IMG/VR virus record: IMGVR_UViG_3300045988_138873
DNA: 18,348 bases
Origin: a virus
Strand: one strand, 5' to 3'
Shown piece by piece: positions 15,609-18,348 of the stretch. The notes beneath the pieces were generated by a model that searched no databases, was not told the DNA's origin, and worked only from the letters and a program-made list of their open reading frames with translations. The first letter of the stretch is position 1; each line of letters starts with the position of its first letter. The position numbers were made by a program, and so were the translations under genes.

Positions 15609-16664
15609 TTACATATTCACAATATCAATCTTGATTTCTGCCTTGATGCTATGTGCCTCATTTGACACACGCACAACGACAGTCTCCCCCACATTCGCCT
15701 TGTCAGGCTTGGCATCAAGAATGATTTTTCTGCCGAGCACGTCGAAAGACTCTATGGCATCCGTACCGGACACAAGCTCGACATTCAGCACGGAGATGTC
15801 TGCATCAACTCCGACTGCATTTTTAAATACGATTTCAATATTTTTACTCTCGCCAACAGCAAGTAGGTTGTCCCCATCAGAATCAATCAGACGGAGCGTA
15901 TAAGCATCGGCGTCGCCTGACGAACCGTCGCTCTGCTCCGCTTTCACGAAGTCGGCGACCATATTCTCTTTGCTGTCCGTTGCCTCGTTGAATTGCGTCT
16001 CGATGACAGACCACTGAAGGATACCGTCATCCGCATACTCATCGCCGACAGCATAAGAAGTCGCGTCTACCTGTGTCACACGGAACACGGTTGGATTCGC
16101 GCGATTTCTGTCCATGATAATTCTCAGTGACGTATCGCACAAAACCGTTTCCTCGTTCATGGGCACATACACAAGATGCTGCGCGTCGCCAACCGTCATA
16201 TTGGTCTTTGGACGTTCGCCCGTGCCGTACTGCGTGGAGTTCAGGCAATACACCGGATAATCCACGATCTTGCCGGTCAATGGCGACACAAAATGAATCG
16301 TATACTTGCATTTCCAGAGAACCGCCTTCTCGTAAATGCGGTTGTTGTCAGGAAGCGAGTTCACCATCCACCATGCACCATTTGCCTTAATGTATTGGCC
16401 GCAATGCAGTACACCAATGTTGCAAAGAATCTGTCGGACAAGCGTACTGCTCTGCGCATCACCAGTTACATTCTGAATGATAGCGCGAACAGCTTTGGGC
16501 GTCTTCGCAACACTCTTATCGTATATCTCAACGTCACTCCCGACAAAGGAGTCGAGCACTTCATTGAAACCGTCTTGACCATATGCCCAGAATTCATCAT
16601 CCTCATATCCGCTATTAAAAAGCGGACGGATCATCTTGTACCAGCTCTTTGATTCTTCAGACAT
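15609..16664 (-). CDS. Phage structural protein with a C-terminal Ig-like domain (351 aa from ATG 16664); possibly distal tail protein-like
   Basis: The RBS GAGGTGG overlaps the upstream TGA. The C-terminal ~100 aa (TLRLIDSDGDNLLAVGESKNIEIVF...GETVVVRVSNEAHSIKAEIKIDI) look like a bacterial Ig-like (Big_2-type) domain. Confidence 0.5.
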   Translation of the reverse strand: MSEESKSWYKMIRPLFNSGYEDDEFWAYGQDGFNEVLDSFVGSDVEIYDKSVAKTPKAVRAIIQNVTGDAQSSTLVRQILCNIGVLHCGQYIKANGAWWMVNSLPDNNRIYEKAVLWKCKYTIHFVSPLTGKIVDYPVYCLNSTQYGTGERPKTNMTVGDAQHLVYVPMNEETVLCDTSLRIIMDRNRANPTVFRVTQVDATSYAVGDEYADDGILQWSVIETQFNEATDSKENMVADFVKAEQSDGSSGDADAYTLRLIDSDGDNLLAVGESKNIEIVFKNAVGVDADISVLNVELVSGTDAIESFDVLGRKIILDAKPDKANVGETVVVRVSNEAHSIKAEIKIDIVNM

Positions 16665-16672
16665 AGGCCACC

Positions 16673-16941
16673 TCAATGATAGGCAGGTGTTTTCTGACGG
16701 TGCAGAAGTGACTCGACACGAGAAATCTGATCGTCCAATTCCTGTTTGGTCACACGCTTTGTCGCATCCTGTCCAGTAAGCGTAACATCCTTGCCGTAGA
16801 TACCATTGAGCGCCATGACTCGGCTGAGTTCGCGCTGAAGATACGAGACATACATCATCTGGGCGAGCGTTCTCACGACCAGCTTATCGACATTACCGGA
16901 AAACTCGCCAGTGTCAGGGTCGTCCGTTGTGTTACGTTGAA
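16673..16941 (-). CDS. Start-less 89-codon ORF, the proposed 3' exon of the IStron-interrupted tail gene
   Basis: The frame is open from 16960 down to TGA 16675-16673. There is no SD before GTG 16876 or ATG 16858. It begins right after the predicted right end (...CTGTTAG|TTCAACG). Confidence 0.55.
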
Positions 16942-17110
16942 CTAACAGTAACTTACTGCTTCACAGCGTCCCCGTTCGTCGTGACTACTTGGGTTTGTTT
17001 GACGCTCCACAGCTTGAAGGCGCAACGACGCCTTGAGGTTGTAGCCCCTCTGCATTTTAGGCTACATACCTGCTTAGATTGATAGCGGCATTGTAGTCGC
17101 GGTCTATCTC
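16942..17110 (-). ncRNA. Putative TnpB omega RNA (reRNA) scaffold / IS200-IS605-type right end; 5' limit approximate
   Basis: A 115-nt non-coding tail plus the 3' end of tnpB. Hairpins GTAGCC/GGCTAC (17041-17065, spanning the stop codon), AAGGCG/CGCCTT (17017-17034) and AGCGTC/GACGCT (16965-17006), and the palindrome CAGTAAGTTACTG (16946-16958). This is the location where TnpB guide RNAs are known to be encoded. Confidence 0.5.
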
Positions 17111-18196
17111 CGCGCCACATTCTGCACACACGTATACTCTATCCCTGAGCCTCAAGTCGCGCTTGATCGCACCACAGCAAGAACAAGTCTTGCTACTCGG
17201 ATAGAATCTGCCCACTTGAACAAACTCAATTCTATTCCATTCGCACTTATACTGCATCTGTCTAATGAACTCACCAAAACACTGCTCCTGAATCGCCTTG
17301 CTGAGATGACGGTTCTTCATCATCCCTGTCACATTCAGGTCTTCCATCACCACTCTTTTCGGGAGCAGTGACACAAGATCATGTGTCGTTTGGTGGATGT
17401 AATTCGTGCGAATGTTGGTCATTCGTGCATACATCTTTTTGAGACGTTCTTCACTTCGCATTATGTTGTTCGTCTTAACAAACGTATTCCCACGACGATT
17501 TTGCTCATACTTTCTGGAAATACTGCGCTCCAAATGACGTCTTTGTTTTTCAAGACGCTTCATCTTTGACGTTTTGTTGATATTGCGATATGTTATTTTC
17601 GTCCCGTTAAATTCCGCTACCGCTAAGTCTTTTACTCCCAAATCTATACCCATTGAAATATCCGTCAGCACAGGCGCTTGGCTCTCGCACTCCATGCCGA
17701 AAGACAATATCCATTTGCCATTTACATTTGAAATCCTCGGATTCGTAAACTTGTGCCCACGCCCTTGCGGCAGGTCAAAATCTGTTTTATATTTGATTTT
17801 ACCCACTTTTTCGATATGCATAAGTTTGCTGTTAATAAAATATATCCTATCGTCCTTGACCGGATACGTCTTTTTGCTACGCTTGCGACTCTTAAATTTC
17901 GGAAAGCGCGCAATCTTCTTGAAGAAACCTTTATACGCTTTATCAAGATCACGGCAAACAACGCCTAAAGACGCATTTGACACTTCGCATAACCACTCGT
18001 GCTCTCCGTCTTTCTTCAACGGCGTCAGCAGCTTTATCATATCGAATGCGGACAGATGCTTCTCGCCATTCACGTATTGCTCCTGCTGATACGCAAGCAT
18101 GTAGTTCCAAATGTATCGGCAAGCTCCTATGTGTTTCCACATTAGAGCCTCTTGCTCTTTCGTCGGGTATAGTCTTATTTTATAAGACTTAATCAT
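17057..18196 (-). CDS. tnpB: TnpB, RNA-guided nuclease of an IS200/IS605-family element (no tnpA partner)
   Basis: N-terminus MIKSYKIRLYPTKEQ. RuvC-I GIDLGVKD, RuvC-II VVMEDLN, zinc finger CSCCG...CAECG, RuvC-III DRDYNAAINL. The RBS AAGGGAGGTG lies 5 nt before ATG 18196. Confidence 0.92.
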   Translation of the reverse strand: MIKSYKIRLYPTKEQEALMWKHIGACRYIWNYMLAYQQEQYVNGEKHLSAFDMIKLLTPLKKDGEHEWLCEVSNASLGVVCRDLDKAYKGFFKKIARFPKFKSRKRSKKTYPVKDDRIYFINSKLMHIEKVGKIKYKTDFDLPQGRGHKFTNPRISNVNGKWILSFGMECESQAPVLTDISMGIDLGVKDLAVAEFNGTKITYRNINKTSKMKRLEKQRRHLERSISRKYEQNRRGNTFVKTNNIMRSEERLKKMYARMTNIRTNYIHQTTHDLVSLLPKRVVMEDLNVTGMMKNRHLSKAIQEQCFGEFIRQMQYKCEWNRIEFVQVGRFYPSSKTCSCCGAIKRDLRLRDRVYVCAECGAEIDRDYNAAINLSRYVA

Positions 18197-18249
18197 CGTT
18201 GCACCTCCCTTCGTTAGTTATAAGGGAGATTCCTTATCGGTTCGCTACA
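18197..18249 (-). ncRNA. Distal (P9-like) part of the same ribozyme plus the tnpB leader
   Basis: Contiguous with nt 1-99 through the circular junction. Contains the hairpin ATAAGG-N6-CCTTAT (18220-18237), followed by the RBS AAGGGAGGTG of tnpB. Confidence 0.55.
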
Positions 18250-18348
18250 CCGCAACCGGCTTTCGCCGTCCAGAACTTTCGCTCTGGCGCAGACTATATC
18301 TTCATCCTCAAGAAATCTCTTCCGTCCGAAAATATTATGCATTTCGGA
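18250..18348. repeat. 99-bp exact terminal direct repeat, copy 2
   Basis: Identical to nt 1-99. Confidence 0.95.

Larger units (their letters stand above)
16942..18249 (-). mobile_element. IStron-type chimeric element (group I ribozyme + tnpB + right end); continues through the circular junction to nt 444, total about 1.75 kb
   Basis: The ribozyme core, tnpB and structured right end are colinear on one strand. The left boundary is set by the P1 U:G at 445|444, and the right boundary by the last G (16942) before the open downstream frame. Confidence 0.65.

Noticed and set aside
16942-18249. Search for a tnpA (Y1 HUH transposase) or a serine recombinase partner of tnpB
   Set aside because: There is no ORF with HUH/Y1 or resolvase motifs next to tnpB or anywhere else in the window. 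The element is non-autonomous.
1-18348. Genome-wide TGA reassignment (code 4 or 25) as the explanation for the ClpP in-frame TGA
   Set aside because: TGA clearly terminates several genes: ruvC (ATGA overlap with the next start), the 165-aa gene (GTGA overlap), clpP itself (TGA then RBS and ATG of phoH) and the 89-codon ORF (TGA inside the next RBS). All other ORFs are long and intact under the standard code.
1-18348. CRISPR arrays, tRNA, tmRNA or rRNA genes
   Set aside because: There are no regularly spaced direct repeats. None of the non-coding gaps (1-440, 5179-5351, 6396-6874, 10439-10568, 16877-17056) shows a cloverleaf or T-loop (GGTTCGAAT-like) signature.

Overview
The window appears to be one complete assembly unit. 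Bases 1-99 are repeated exactly at 18250-18348, which gives an 18,249-bp circular path. Almost everything is encoded on the minus strand, with GGAGG/GGTGGTG-type ribosome-binding sites and ATGA/GTGA gene overlaps, a style typical of Firmicutes phages. Recognisable content includes a siphovirus-like tail module: a 254-aa tail-tube-like protein, a TP901-type tape measure of about 1000 aa, a second 885-aa tape-measure-like coiled-coil protein and an Ig-domain structural protein. There is also a translationally coupled block of RuvC-like resolvase, ClpP-family protease and PhoH-like ATPase, and an AT-rich accessory island (about 3.1-6.4 kb) with its own promoters and terminators. I could not recognise a terminase, portal or major capsid gene. 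Four observations stand out. (1) A chimeric IStron-type element (td-like group I ribozyme, TnpA-less tnpB, omega-RNA/right end) starts 3 nt before the stop codon of the 885-aa tail gene; removing it in silico fuses that gene in frame to a start-less 89-codon ORF. (2) A second, ORF-less group I intron lies in the 3' end of the tape-measure gene. (3) A ClpP-family gene has an intact catalytic triad but an in-frame TGA at codon 21. (4) The contig ends lie inside the ribozyme, so true circularity versus repeat-induced closure needs testing. All homology statements come from reading the translated ORFs and RNA motifs by eye; no searches were run.
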